Made by a program: the position numbers and the translations under genes. The notes under the pieces were generated by a model that searched no databases, was not told the origin of the DNA, and worked only from the letters and a program-made list of their open reading frames with translations. 64,000 nt of DNA from Armatimonadota bacterium (lineage in GTDB: Bacteria; Armatimonadota; SYMT01): the NCBI GenBank assembly GCA_041690135.1, contig JAWLHY010000002.1:384001-448000 (forward strand), given 5' to 3'. Shown here piece by piece: positions 1 to 9,140 of the stretch. Each line of letters begins with the position of its first letter. Position 1 is the stretch's first letter.

Positions 1-141
1 CAGGGCGCGGTGGCGGCGATGATCGAGCATTTGACGGACGCGGTGGTTCCGGCCGAGGCCCCACAGCTCCGCTATCATCCCAATGGCGGCAGCGCGGCCG
101 CCGGGGCTCTCAATGGGGCCGGAGGGGGAGGGGAAGTATGA
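1..141 (+). CDS. 3' end of an unidentified gene (partial, window edge)
   Basis: Frame +1 is open from base 1 to TGA at 139-141, overlapping the ATG at 138 (ATGA coupling). Confidence 0.55.
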   Translation, partial: QGAVAAMIEHLTDAVVPAEAPQLRYHPNGGSAAAGALNGAGGGGEV

Positions 142-2798
142 ATTCGCGAGTCGTTCTGGCCACCGGCCTTACCAGCGTGCTGGTCGGGGGGATCACCCTC
201 GCCGCCGTGGCGAAACCGGATCCCGCTCCGGCGGCCGGCGTTCCCAAGGCAGGTGCTGCTTCGGCGCTTTCCGGACCCGAGGGCGAGAAGTTCTTCGCCG
301 AACAGGTGCGCCCTCTCCTGGAACAGAAGTGCGTGAGCTGCCACAGCGGCGAAAAGCCCCAGGGCGACCTGCGCCTGACTACGCGCGCGGCCCTGCTCAA
401 GGGCGGCGTCAGCGGTCCCGCCGCGATCGCCGGGCAGCCGGGCAAGAGCCTGCTGATCTCCGCGATCAACTTCCAGGGACGGCGCATGCCGCCGCAGGGG
501 CAGATGGCGCCCAAGGACATCGCCACCCTCACCCGGTGGGTCGCGCTGGGGATGCCGTGGCCGGCGGGAGAGCACGCCAGCCTGGAGCCGAAGGCGGAGC
601 ACGGCCCGCCGCAGGTGAACGAGAAGACGAAGCAGTTCTGGTCGTTCCAGCCTGTCCGGCGTCCCGCGGTGCCCGCGGTGAAGATGAAGGCGTGGGTCCG
701 CAACCCGATCGATGCTTTTGTGCTGAAGCGGCTGGAGTCGGAGGGCCTGAAGCCGAACCCCACGGCCAGCCGTGCGACCCTGATCCGGCGCGCCTACTAC
801 GACATGCTGGGCCTGCCCCCGACCCCGGAAGAGGTCCAGGCTTTCCTGAACGACAAGAGCCCGAATGCGTGGGAGAAGGTGGTCGACCGTCTCCTCGCCT
901 CGCCGCAGTACGGGGAGAAGTGGGGACGGCACTGGCTCGACCTGGTGCGGTTTGCGGAGTCGAACAGCTACGAGCGCGACGGCACCAAGCCGAACGCCTG
1001 GCGCTACCGGGACTACGTGATCCGGAGCTTCAACGAGGACAAGCCGTATGACCAGTTTGTCACCGAGCAACTGGCCGGCGACGAGCTGAGCCCCCGCACC
1101 CCGGAGCGCCTGATCGCCACCGGCTACTACCGGCTGGGAATCTGGGACGACGAGCCCGCCGACCCGCTGCTGGCGCTGTACGACGACCTGGACGACATCG
1201 CCAACACCACCGGGCAGACCTTCCTCGGCATGACCATCGGCTGCGCCCGCTGCCACGATCACAAGATCGACCCGATGCCGCAGAAGGACTACTACCGGTT
1301 CCTGGCGTTCTTCAGCGGCGTGCGCCGGTACGGCGTGCGGAGCCACGAATCGGTGGAAGCCGCATCCCTCCGCTCCATCGCCACGGAGGAAGAGAAGCGG
1401 ATGCACCGCGAACGCGTCGCGCCGCTCCTGGCGGAGAACGCCCGCAAGATCCAGGCCGTGGAGGACCGCCTCCTCCCGGACCTCACCCCGGTCGAGAAAG
1501 AGGAGTGGCGGAACCCGTTCGCCCGGTTCGACATCGCCGCCAAGCGGGTGCCGAAGCTGCTGTCGCGCCGCGACCTGGGCGACTATCGCCGCCTGCTGGA
1601 AGAACGGCGGCGGCTCCAGCGCTCGGAGATGACCGACCTGCCGATGGCGCTCTGCGTGACGGAAGAGCGGCAGCCCCGGGAAACGTTCGTGCTCCTCCGC
1701 GGCAACCCGCACGCCAAGGGCGACCCGGTGGAGCCCGGCTTCCTCTCCGTCCTCACGCCGCCGCAGCCGCGGGTCGTGCCGGCGGCCCACGGCGACACCA
1801 GCGGCCGCCGTCTCGCCCTGGCGCAGTGGATCGCCAGCCGCGAGAACCCCCTCACCTCCCGGGTGATGGTCAACCGCGTGTGGCACTACCACTTCGGCCG
1901 CGGCCTGGTGAAGTCCACCAGTAACTTCGGCTTCCAGGGCGACAAGCCGACCCATCCGGAGTTGCTGGACTGGCTCGCTGATCGGTTCAGCAGCCCGGCA
2001 ACGGTTTCTGTCGCTTCCAACAGGGCCGGGCAGGGCAAGGGACAATTGACAATTGACAATTCTCAATTGTCAATTGTCAATTCCCGGTCAGGCGCCGAGT
2101 TCAAGACCGGCTTCGGCTGGCGCCTCAAGCCCCTCCACCGGCTGATCCTGCTCTCCAACACCTATAAGATGTCGTCTCAGGCCCAGCCCGCGGCGCTGAA
2201 GAAGGACCCGGAGAATGACCTGCTCTGGCGGTTCGACATGCGTCGTCTCCAGGCGGAAGAGGTGCGGGACGCCATCCTGGCCGTGAACGGCAGCCTGAAC
2301 CCCAAGATGTGGGGGCCCAGCTTCTATCCCGACATCCCGGCGGACGTGCTGGCGGGGCAGTCGCGGCCCGGTGAGAACTGGGGCAAGTCCTCTCCCGAGG
2401 AGCAGCGGCGACGGAGCGTCTATATCTTCGTGAAGCGCTCCCTGATGACGCCGATCATCGCCAGCTTCGACGGTCCGGAGACCGACTTCACCTGTCCGAA
2501 CCGGTTCTCCACCACGCAGCCGACCCAGGCGCTGGGCATGCTGAACAGCGAGTGGACCAACGAGCAGGCGCACGTGCTGGCGGAGTACCTGCGGAAGCAC
2601 GCCGGTGACGACACCGCCGCCCAGGTAAAGCTGGCCCTCTGGCGGGTGACCCAGCGGGAGCCCACGCCGAAGGAGATCGAGCGCGGCGTGAACCTGATCC
2701 GCGATCTGCAGAAGGAAGACGGCAAGAAGCCCGAAGAGGCGCTGCAAGCCTTCTGCGTCGTCGCCCTGAACCTGAACGAGTTTCTGTACCTGGACTAG
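138..2798 (+). CDS. Planctomycete cytochrome c / DUF1549 (PSCyt2) / DUF1553 (PSD1) protein
   Basis: Signal peptide; CVSCH heme motif; FWSFQP..NPIDAF, YGEKWGRHWLDLVRFAES, CARCHDHK, RVMVNRVWHYHFGRGLV..P.HPELLDWLA motifs. Confidence 0.92.
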   Translation: MNSRVVLATGLTSVLVGGITLAAVAKPDPAPAAGVPKAGAASALSGPEGEKFFAEQVRPLLEQKCVSCHSGEKPQGDLRLTTRAALLKGGVSGPAAIAGQPGKSLLISAINFQGRRMPPQGQMAPKDIATLTRWVALGMPWPAGEHASLEPKAEHGPPQVNEKTKQFWSFQPVRRPAVPAVKMKAWVRNPIDAFVLKRLESEGLKPNPTASRATLIRRAYYDMLGLPPTPEEVQAFLNDKSPNAWEKVVDRLLASPQYGEKWGRHWLDLVRFAESNSYERDGTKPNAWRYRDYVIRSFNEDKPYDQFVTEQLAGDELSPRTPERLIATGYYRLGIWDDEPADPLLALYDDLDDIANTTGQTFLGMTIGCARCHDHKIDPMPQKDYYRFLAFFSGVRRYGVRSHESVEAASLRSIATEEEKRMHRERVAPLLAENARKIQAVEDRLLPDLTPVEKEEWRNPFARFDIAAKRVPKLLSRRDLGDYRRLLEERRRLQRSEMTDLPMALCVTEERQPRETFVLLRGNPHAKGDPVEPGFLSVLTPPQPRVVPAAHGDTSGRRLALAQWIASRENPLTSRVMVNRVWHYHFGRGLVKSTSNFGFQGDKPTHPELLDWLADRFSSPATVSVASNRAGQGKGQLTIDNSQLSIVNSRSGAEFKTGFGWRLKPLHRLILLSNTYKMSSQAQPAALKKDPENDLLWRFDMRRLQAEEVRDAILAVNGSLNPKMWGPSFYPDIPADVLAGQSRPGENWGKSSPEEQRRRSVYIFVKRSLMTPIIASFDGPETDFTCPNRFSTTQPTQALGMLNSEWTNEQAHVLAEYLRKHAGDDTAAQVKLALWRVTQREPTPKEIERGVNLIRDLQKEDGKKPEEALQAFCVVALNLNEFLYLD
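2041..2082. repeat. AT-rich heptamer array (GACAATT x3, CTCAATT, GTCAATT x2) forming a 16-bp perfect hairpin inside the CDS
   Basis: 2041-2056 is the exact reverse complement of 2063-2078; 6x7=42 bp keeps the frame (QLTIDNSQLSIVN). Confidence 0.9.
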
Positions 2799-2831
2799 GT
2801 AACCGCGGTGAAAACAGACCGGAGAAAGCTG

Positions 2832-4298
2832 ATGGCACATCGCAAAGGTGAGTTCTGTGGGCGGACGCGCCGCCAGTTCCTGTGGGAGACCGGCTGCGGG
2901 TTTACGGGTACGGCGCTGGCGGCCATGCTGGGGGAGGACGGCTTCCTGGGCACGCAGGCGGTCGCCGCGGACGGGAAGACGCCTTTCAAGAACCCTCTCG
3001 CCCCCAAGGAGCCGCACTTTAAGGGCAAGGCGAAGTCGGTCATCTTCCTCTACATGTACGGCGGCCCCAGCCAGATCGATACCTTCGACTACAAGCCGCA
3101 GATGAAGGGGATGGACAACAAAACGGTCCAGGTGAAGACCTTCGGCCGCGGCGGCCACAAGAACGTCGGACGGATCGTGGAGCCGCGCTGGAACTTCAAG
3201 CAGTACGGTCAATGCGGCAAGTGGGTGTCGGACCTCTTCCCCCACCTGGCGAAGCACGTGGACGACATCGCCTTCATCCACTCGATGACGGCCGATTCCC
3301 CCATACACGGCTCCGCCATGCTCCAGATGAACACGGGCAAGATCCTGAGCGGCGCGCCCTGCCTCGGCTCCTGGGTGAACTACGGCCTGGGTACGGTGAA
3401 CCAGAACCTGCCCGGCTTCGTGGTGATGCTCGACCCGCGCGGCGGGCCCATCAGCGGCGCCAAGAACTGGAGCAGCGGTTACATGCCGGCCTACTACCAG
3501 GCCACGATGATGCGCTCCAGCGGCACCCCGATCCTCGACCTGAAGCGGCCGGCGGGGCAGACGGAGCAGGTGCAGCGCCGGATGCTGGACGCCCTCCAGG
3601 AGTACAACGAGGAGCACCAGCGACCCCGCGATTTCAACTCCAACCTGGCCGCCCGGATCGCGAGCTACGAGCTGGCGTTCAAGATGCAGGCCACCGCGCC
3701 GGAAGCGGTCGATCTCGCCCAGGAGAGCGAGAAGACCAGGGAGCTGTACGGCCTCAACGATAAGCGCACCGAAGTATTCGGCCGCCAGTGCCTCCTCGCG
3801 CGGCGCCTGGTGGAGCGCGGCGTGCGGTTCATCCAGCTCTACTCCGGCGGCAACCACGTCGATACGACCTGGGACGCCCATAACGACCTGAAGACGAACC
3901 ACGATCTCCACGCGGGTGAGACGGACCAGCCGATCGCCGCGCTGATCCAGGACCTGAAGCAGCGGGGTATGCTCGACTCGACCCTGATCGTGTGGGGCGG
4001 CGAGTTCGGGCGTCAACCGACCGCCGAGTACTCGGAAGGGACCGGTCGGGACCATAACTCCTACGGCTTCACCATGTGGATGGCCGGCGGCGGCATCAAG
4101 GGCGGGGTGAGCGTTGGCCAAACGGACGAACTCGGCAGCGCCGCGGTGGAGGATCCCTTCCACGTGAAGCACCTCCACGCCACGATCCTCCAGTGCCTGG
4201 GCTTCGATCCGAACCGCCTCTCGTACTTCTACGGCGGCCTGGATCAGAAGCTCGTCGGCGTGGAAGGCGCGGAGCCGATCCACAAGGTCCTGGGCTGA
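2832..4298 (+). CDS. DUF1501 family protein (Tat-like RRQFL)
   Basis: KAKSVIFLYMYGGPSQIDTFDYKP, LLARRLVERGVRF, WGGEFGR, GRDH motifs; GGAG RBS before ATG 2832; usual partner of DUF1553 proteins. Confidence 0.92.
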   Translation: MAHRKGEFCGRTRRQFLWETGCGFTGTALAAMLGEDGFLGTQAVAADGKTPFKNPLAPKEPHFKGKAKSVIFLYMYGGPSQIDTFDYKPQMKGMDNKTVQVKTFGRGGHKNVGRIVEPRWNFKQYGQCGKWVSDLFPHLAKHVDDIAFIHSMTADSPIHGSAMLQMNTGKILSGAPCLGSWVNYGLGTVNQNLPGFVVMLDPRGGPISGAKNWSSGYMPAYYQATMMRSSGTPILDLKRPAGQTEQVQRRMLDALQEYNEEHQRPRDFNSNLAARIASYELAFKMQATAPEAVDLAQESEKTRELYGLNDKRTEVFGRQCLLARRLVERGVRFIQLYSGGNHVDTTWDAHNDLKTNHDLHAGETDQPIAALIQDLKQRGMLDSTLIVWGGEFGRQPTAEYSEGTGRDHNSYGFTMWMAGGGIKGGVSVGQTDELGSAAVEDPFHVKHLHATILQCLGFDPNRLSYFYGGLDQKLVGVEGAEPIHKVLG

Positions 4299-4302
4299 CG
4301 CC

Positions 4303-4328
4303 GATTAGGACAAGGATTAGGATTAGGA
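4303..4328. repeat. GGATTA-type hexamer tandem repeat (intergenic)
   Basis: gattaggacaaggattaggattagga directly after the stop codon. Confidence 0.7.
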
Positions 4329-4363
4329 AGACTCGGATCCAGAGGCTGGCGGAATAACATCCT

Positions 4364-5104
4364 GTGTCCGTTTCCACTCACAGAATAGCGATGTGGTCCG
4401 GTCCGCGGAACATTTCCACGGCGCTCATGCGCTCGTGGGGGAACCGGCCGGACACCTTCGTCTGTGACGAGCCGCTTTACGCGCACTACCTGAAGGTCAC
4501 CGGCCTGGACCACCCGGGCCGGGACGAGATCGTCGCGCACCACGAGAACGACTGGCGCGAGGTGGCGGCGTGGCTCACCGGGCCGATCCCGGAGGGCAAG
4601 GTAGTCTTCTACCAGAAGCACATGGCGCACCACCTCCTCCCCGAAATCGAACGGGAGTGGCTCGGCTCGCTCACGCACTGCTTCCTTATCCGCGAGCCGC
4701 GGGAGATGCTGACCTCGCTGATTAAGGTCCTGCCCCGGCCGCGGCTGGAGGACACCGGTCTCCCGCAGCAGGTGGAGCTGTTCGAGCGCGAGCGGGAGCG
4801 GACCGGCGCAACGCCGCCGGTGCTGGACGCGCGCGACGTGCTGGACGACCCTCGCGGCATGCTGGAGGCCCTCTGCCGGAAGGTGGGAGTCCCCTTCACC
4901 GAGGCCATGCTCTCCTGGCCCGCCGGCCCTCGCGCCACGGATGGCATCTGGGCCAGGCACTGGTACAGCCAGGTGGAGCGCACCACGAGCTTCCAGCCGT
5001 TCAAGCCCAAGGGGGAAAAGGTGCCGTCCGAACTCCAGCCCCTGCTGGCAGAGTGTGAGACGCTGTATACTTGCCTGTATCAACAGCGCCTGCACTCATC
5101 ATGA
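4364..5104 (+). CDS. Sulfotransferase-like P-loop protein (aminotransferase-associated)
   Basis: MWSGPRNISTALMRSW, DEPLYA, YQKHMAHH, FLIREP and DGIWARHWY motifs; ATGA overlap with the next gene. Confidence 0.8.
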   Translation: MSVSTHRIAMWSGPRNISTALMRSWGNRPDTFVCDEPLYAHYLKVTGLDHPGRDEIVAHHENDWREVAAWLTGPIPEGKVVFYQKHMAHHLLPEIEREWLGSLTHCFLIREPREMLTSLIKVLPRPRLEDTGLPQQVELFERERERTGATPPVLDARDVLDDPRGMLEALCRKVGVPFTEAMLSWPAGPRATDGIWARHWYSQVERTTSFQPFKPKGEKVPSELQPLLAECETLYTCLYQQRLHSS

Positions 5105-6000
5105 AACAAACCTGGAACGAAAAGAACCGCGACCTGCTCGTGAACATCAACGGTAGGCTGATCCACCGGGATGAAGCCGGGATCAGCCCCTTCGACTCGG
5201 CCGTCCAGGGTGGCGACGCCGTGTGGGAAGGGCTGCGGCTTTACCAAGGGCGCATCTTCAAGCTGCGGGAGCACCTGGACCGCCTCCGCAGCTCCGCGCT
5301 GGCGCTGGCATTCGCGGAGATCCCCAGCCACGAGGCGATCATCGAGGAGATCCGCCGCACCCTGGCCGCGAACCAGATGACGGACGGCGTCCACATCCGC
5401 CTTACGCTGACGCGCGGGGTGAAAATCACCTCCGGCATGGACCCCCGCCTCAACCAGTCCGGCCCCACCCTCATCGTGCTCGCCGAGCACAAGGCGCCCG
5501 TCTACGACAAGGGCGGCATCACCCTCATCACCAGCAGCGTCCGCCGCCCGCCCCCGGACGTGATGGACCCGAAGATCCACCACTGCAACCTCATCCCCTC
5601 GATTCTCGCCAAGATCGAGGCGAATGTCGCCGGCGCGGACGATGCCCTGATGCTGGACACCCGCGGCTTCGTGGCGGAGACTAACGCGACCCACGTCTTC
5701 CTGGTGCACGCCGGGACCGTCGCCACCAGCCGCGACGTCGCCTGCCCGGAAGGGATCACCCGCGACACGGTCCTCAACCTCTGCCGCGAGCACGGCATCC
5801 CGTATCAGGAGAAGGACCTCTCCCTCACGGAAGTCTACCGGACGGACGAGTTGTTCTGCACCGGTACCATGGGCGAGCTGGCGCCCGTGGTCCGCGTCGA
5901 CGGCCGCACCATAGGCACCGGGGATACCGGACCGGTCACCCAGCGCCTCATGGAGCTCTTCCGCGCCCTGACGGCCAGAGAGGGAGAGCCGGTCATTTGA
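5101..6000 (+). CDS. Aminotransferase class IV (BCAT/D-amino-acid transaminase-like)
   Basis: GDAVWEGLRLY, HLDRL, KIHHCN, GFVAETNATH, GITR and GTMGELAPV motifs. Confidence 0.9.
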   Translation: MKQTWNEKNRDLLVNINGRLIHRDEAGISPFDSAVQGGDAVWEGLRLYQGRIFKLREHLDRLRSSALALAFAEIPSHEAIIEEIRRTLAANQMTDGVHIRLTLTRGVKITSGMDPRLNQSGPTLIVLAEHKAPVYDKGGITLITSSVRRPPPDVMDPKIHHCNLIPSILAKIEANVAGADDALMLDTRGFVAETNATHVFLVHAGTVATSRDVACPEGITRDTVLNLCREHGIPYQEKDLSLTEVYRTDELFCTGTMGELAPVVRVDGRTIGTGDTGPVTQRLMELFRALTAREGEPVI

Positions 6001-6066
6001 CCCATGGGGTGTTGTCCTTGCTCGATGAACCGTTAGGGAACGCCGTTGACCCTGGCCTTCGGCCCC

Positions 6067-6090
6067 CTGCCCCCCAATCCTGGGGGGCAG
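6067..6090. repeat. Short palindrome CTGCCCCCCA-ATCC-TGGGGGGCAG (REP-like or terminator-like)
   Basis: 10-bp perfect inverted repeat in the intergenic region. Confidence 0.5.
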
Positions 6091-6324
6091 TACAACCACA
6101 CGACAGGTGCGGGCGACCGGGTCGTGCTGCACTCCCAACATACGGACCAGCAGGGGTAAATCCCGGACTTCGTCAGAGCCGTGCCGATAGGCACTGCCTT
6201 CCCCCGGTTGATTGTGCTGCAATGGCCTCTTATGGTATGGTCAGGCCGATGCACCTTCGCGGAAGCGGTCCCTGAACATATCCAAGGACCTCACCGCACG
6301 GATCGACAGATAGGAACCAGTCCA

Positions 6325-7560
6325 GTGGAGAACGCGTTACAGGTCCTCGGCGAACGTGGGTTCATTCAGCAGTGCACCGACCAGGAGGGATTGACCCGGC
6401 TGCTCCAGGAGCAGCGGGTCACTTTCTATAACGGTTTCGACCCCACCGCCGACAGCCTGCACGTGGGCCACCTGCTCCCCATCATGGCCATGGCGCACCT
6501 CCAGCGCTGCGGCCACCGTCCGCTCGCCCTGGTGGGGGGCGGCACCGCCATGGTGGGCGACCCCAGCGGCAAGACGGAGATGCGCCAGCTTCTCACCAAA
6601 GAGGAGATCGAGCGCAACCTCCAGGGCGTCACGGCGCAGTTCGCCCGCTACCTGGACCTGGGTGAGAACGGCGCCCGGGTGGTGAACAACGCCGACTGGC
6701 TGCTGGGCCTGGGCTACATCGACTTCCTCCGCGACATCGGCCGGTACTTCAAGGTCAACGAGATGATCCGGGCGGAAGCCTACCGGATGCGCCTGGAGCG
6801 CGAGGAAGGCCTCTCCTTCATCGAGTTCAACTACCAGCTCCTCCAGGCCTACGACTTCCTGGTCCTCTACCGCCGTGAAGGCTGCCTGCTGCAGACCGGC
6901 GGCGACGACCAGTGGAGCAACATCCTGGCCGGCGCGGACCTGATCCGGCGGGTGGAGGCGAAGACCGCCTTCGGGCTCACCTACCCCCTCCTGACCACCG
7001 CGCGCGGGGAGAAGATGGGCAAGACGGCTGCCGGCGCCGTGTGGCTGAGCGCGGAGCGGACCTCCCCCTACGAGTACTACCAGTACTGGATCAACTGCGA
7101 CGACCGGGACGTGCGCCGGTTCCTGGCGCTGTTCACCTTCCTCCCTATGGAAGAGGTGAACCGCCTGGGGGCGCTGGAAGGCGCCGACATCCGGCAGGCG
7201 AAGGAAGTCCTCGCCTTCGAGGCCACGAAGCTCACTCACGGTGTGGAAGAAGCGGAGAAGGCGCGCACGGCGGCCCGCGCCGCCTTCGGTCAGCAGGGGA
7301 CCGACCTCTCGGCCGTGCCCAGTTCCACCCTCTCGGCGGAACGGCTGGCAGAGAAGATCTCCGTGGTGGACCTCTTCTGCGAGGCGGGGCTCACCCCCGG
7401 CCGCAACGCCGCCCGCCGGCTCATCACCCAGGGCGGCGCCTACGTCAACGGCCGCCAGGTCACGGATGTGGAGGAGTCAGTCGGCCCCGAAGCCGTGGAA
7501 GACGGTGCGATCATGCTCCGCTACGGCAAGAAGAAGTACCACCGGCTGTTGATCGATTAG
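6325..7560 (+). CDS. tyrS: Tyrosine--tRNA ligase
   Basis: GFDPTADSLHVGH (HIGH), GDPSGK, KMGKT (KMSKS), C-terminal S4 domain; GTG start with AGGA RBS. Confidence 0.97.
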   Translation: MENALQVLGERGFIQQCTDQEGLTRLLQEQRVTFYNGFDPTADSLHVGHLLPIMAMAHLQRCGHRPLALVGGGTAMVGDPSGKTEMRQLLTKEEIERNLQGVTAQFARYLDLGENGARVVNNADWLLGLGYIDFLRDIGRYFKVNEMIRAEAYRMRLEREEGLSFIEFNYQLLQAYDFLVLYRREGCLLQTGGDDQWSNILAGADLIRRVEAKTAFGLTYPLLTTARGEKMGKTAAGAVWLSAERTSPYEYYQYWINCDDRDVRRFLALFTFLPMEEVNRLGALEGADIRQAKEVLAFEATKLTHGVEEAEKARTAARAAFGQQGTDLSAVPSSTLSAERLAEKISVVDLFCEAGLTPGRNAARRLITQGGAYVNGRQVTDVEESVGPEAVEDGAIMLRYGKKKYHRLLID

Positions 7561-7624
7561 GAATCAGGATCAGGATTAGGACAAAGGAAGGTTTCTAATC
7601 CTAATCCTAGTCGTAATCCTAATC
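7555..7624. repeat. Inverted GGATTA/TAATCC hexamer arrays between convergent genes (hairpin)
   Basis: gattaggaatcaggatcaggattagg ... ctaatcctaatcctagtcgtaatcctaatc. Confidence 0.7.
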
Positions 7625-7633
7625 GGCCGTGCG

Positions 7634-9040
7634 TCAGCCGGCAAGGGTGGCTCTCTCACCCAGGCCGGGCACCGAGACCTCCCAGCCCAGCTCGGTGACG
7701 ATCTTCGCCTGCAGGGCGCGGCGCGCTTCGGGTTCTCCGTGCACGATGAAGGTCCGCTTCGGAGCCTCCTCGAAGTCCCCCAGCCACCGCATGATCTCGC
7801 CCCGGTCGGCGTGAGCGGAGAGGGCGTCGATCCGCTCGATGCGCGCGCGGACCGGCACTTCCCAGCCGTAAGCCCGGAACTGCTTCGCCCCCTCCAGTAG
7901 CGCTCGGCCGGGCGTCCCCTCTCCCTGGTAGCCGACGAACAGCACCGTGGTATTGGGTGTGGGCAGCCGGTTCAACAGGTGGTGGCGGATGCGCCCGCCG
8001 TTGCACATCCCGCTCCCCGCGATGATGATCCCCGGCCCCTCGCGTTCGTTCAGCGCCTTCGACTCGTCCCGGGTGTGGACGAAGTGCAGGTTCGGGCCCT
8101 CAAACGGGCAGCGGTCGGCATCCAGCAAAGCTCGCATCTCCAGGTCGTGGTCTTCGTGATGCTTCGCGAAGAGGGGGATGGCGCTGTTAGCCATCGGGCT
8201 GTCCACGTAGACGGGGAGCGCCGGGATCCGGCCCGCGTGGACGAGGTCGTTCAGCAAATAGAGGATCTCCTGGGTCCGGCCGATGGCGAATGCCGGAATC
8301 AGGATGAAGCTGCGCTCCTTCGCGGCCCGGCATACCAGCCGCTCCAGGGCGGTATGCACGTCTTCGTTGCTGTGGTCGCGGTTACCGTAGGTCGACTCCA
8401 CCAGCAGGTAGTCCGCCCGGGAAACCGGTGTCGGGTCCGGAATGATGCTCTGGTGGTACCGTCCCAGGTCGCCGCCGAATAGCACGGTGCCAGCCTCCGT
8501 CTCCGTAGAGGCGTACGCCGAGCCCAGGACGTGCCCCGCGCGCAGGAAGTGCACGCGCACGCCCTCCGCTGGCGAGAAGGCCTCGTGGTAATGGTGTCCT
8601 TCCAGCAGCTTCAGGCACTCTTCCACGTCGCCCGTGTCGTAAAGGGGCACCGCCGGATGGTGGCGCGACCAGCCGTGGCGGTTGGCGTGCTCCGCCTCTT
8701 CTTCCTGCAGCCGGGCGGAATCCATCAGCATGATCCACAGCAGGTCCCGCGTGGCCATGGTGCAGTGAACCGGTCCCCGGTAGCCCTGCTTCACCAGGCG
8801 CGGCAGGTAGCCGGTATGGTCCAGGTGCGCGTGCGTCAGCACCACCGCATCGAGCGAGTCCACCGGCACCGGAAACCGCTCCCAGTTCCGCTTTCGCACG
8901 TCCCGCGGCCCCTGGAACATCCCGCAGTCCACCAGGATGCGCTTGACCCCGGTCTCCAGCAGGTGGCGCGACCCCGTAACGGTGTCCGTCGCCCCATGAA
9001 ACGTGATCGATGTTCCCCCCACTCCCGTGGTTCCATTCAT
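7634..9040 (-). CDS. MBL-fold beta-CASP ribonuclease-family metallo-hydrolase
   Basis: THAHLDH, AGHVLG, ESTYG, PAFAIGRTQE, GSGMCNGGRI, LSAHAD motifs; start chosen by GGAG RBS. Confidence 0.92.
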   Translation of the reverse strand: MNGTTGVGGTSITFHGATDTVTGSRHLLETGVKRILVDCGMFQGPRDVRKRNWERFPVPVDSLDAVVLTHAHLDHTGYLPRLVKQGYRGPVHCTMATRDLLWIMLMDSARLQEEEAEHANRHGWSRHHPAVPLYDTGDVEECLKLLEGHHYHEAFSPAEGVRVHFLRAGHVLGSAYASTETEAGTVLFGGDLGRYHQSIIPDPTPVSRADYLLVESTYGNRDHSNEDVHTALERLVCRAAKERSFILIPAFAIGRTQEILYLLNDLVHAGRIPALPVYVDSPMANSAIPLFAKHHEDHDLEMRALLDADRCPFEGPNLHFVHTRDESKALNEREGPGIIIAGSGMCNGGRIRHHLLNRLPTPNTTVLFVGYQGEGTPGRALLEGAKQFRAYGWEVPVRARIERIDALSAHADRGEIMRWLGDFEEAPKRTFIVHGEPEARRALQAKIVTELGWEVSVPGLGERATLAG

Positions 9041-9140
9041 TTCTGGTTGTCTCCCTGGTCTGGGCTTGTTCAATTGGCCCTTATCTCATGAACGCCAGCA
9101 TACCCGGATTCGACACGGTCATTTGGATGGACACACGCGA

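Noticed and set aside
75-4283. Long antisense and alternate-frame ORFs (e.g. 75-2066, 2088-4283, 10978-13458, 23248-25218, 25655-28300, 48555-50477, 61635-63092)
   Set aside because: Shadow ORFs of high-GC genes; no recognisable motifs, and they overlap confident CDSs.
6001-6324. T-box riboswitch or Tyr leader peptide upstream of tyrS
   Set aside because: No T-box AGGGTGGNACCGCG motif and no terminator with a U tract. The possible leaderless mini-ORF at 6249-6275 (MHLRGSGP) has no Tyr codons.
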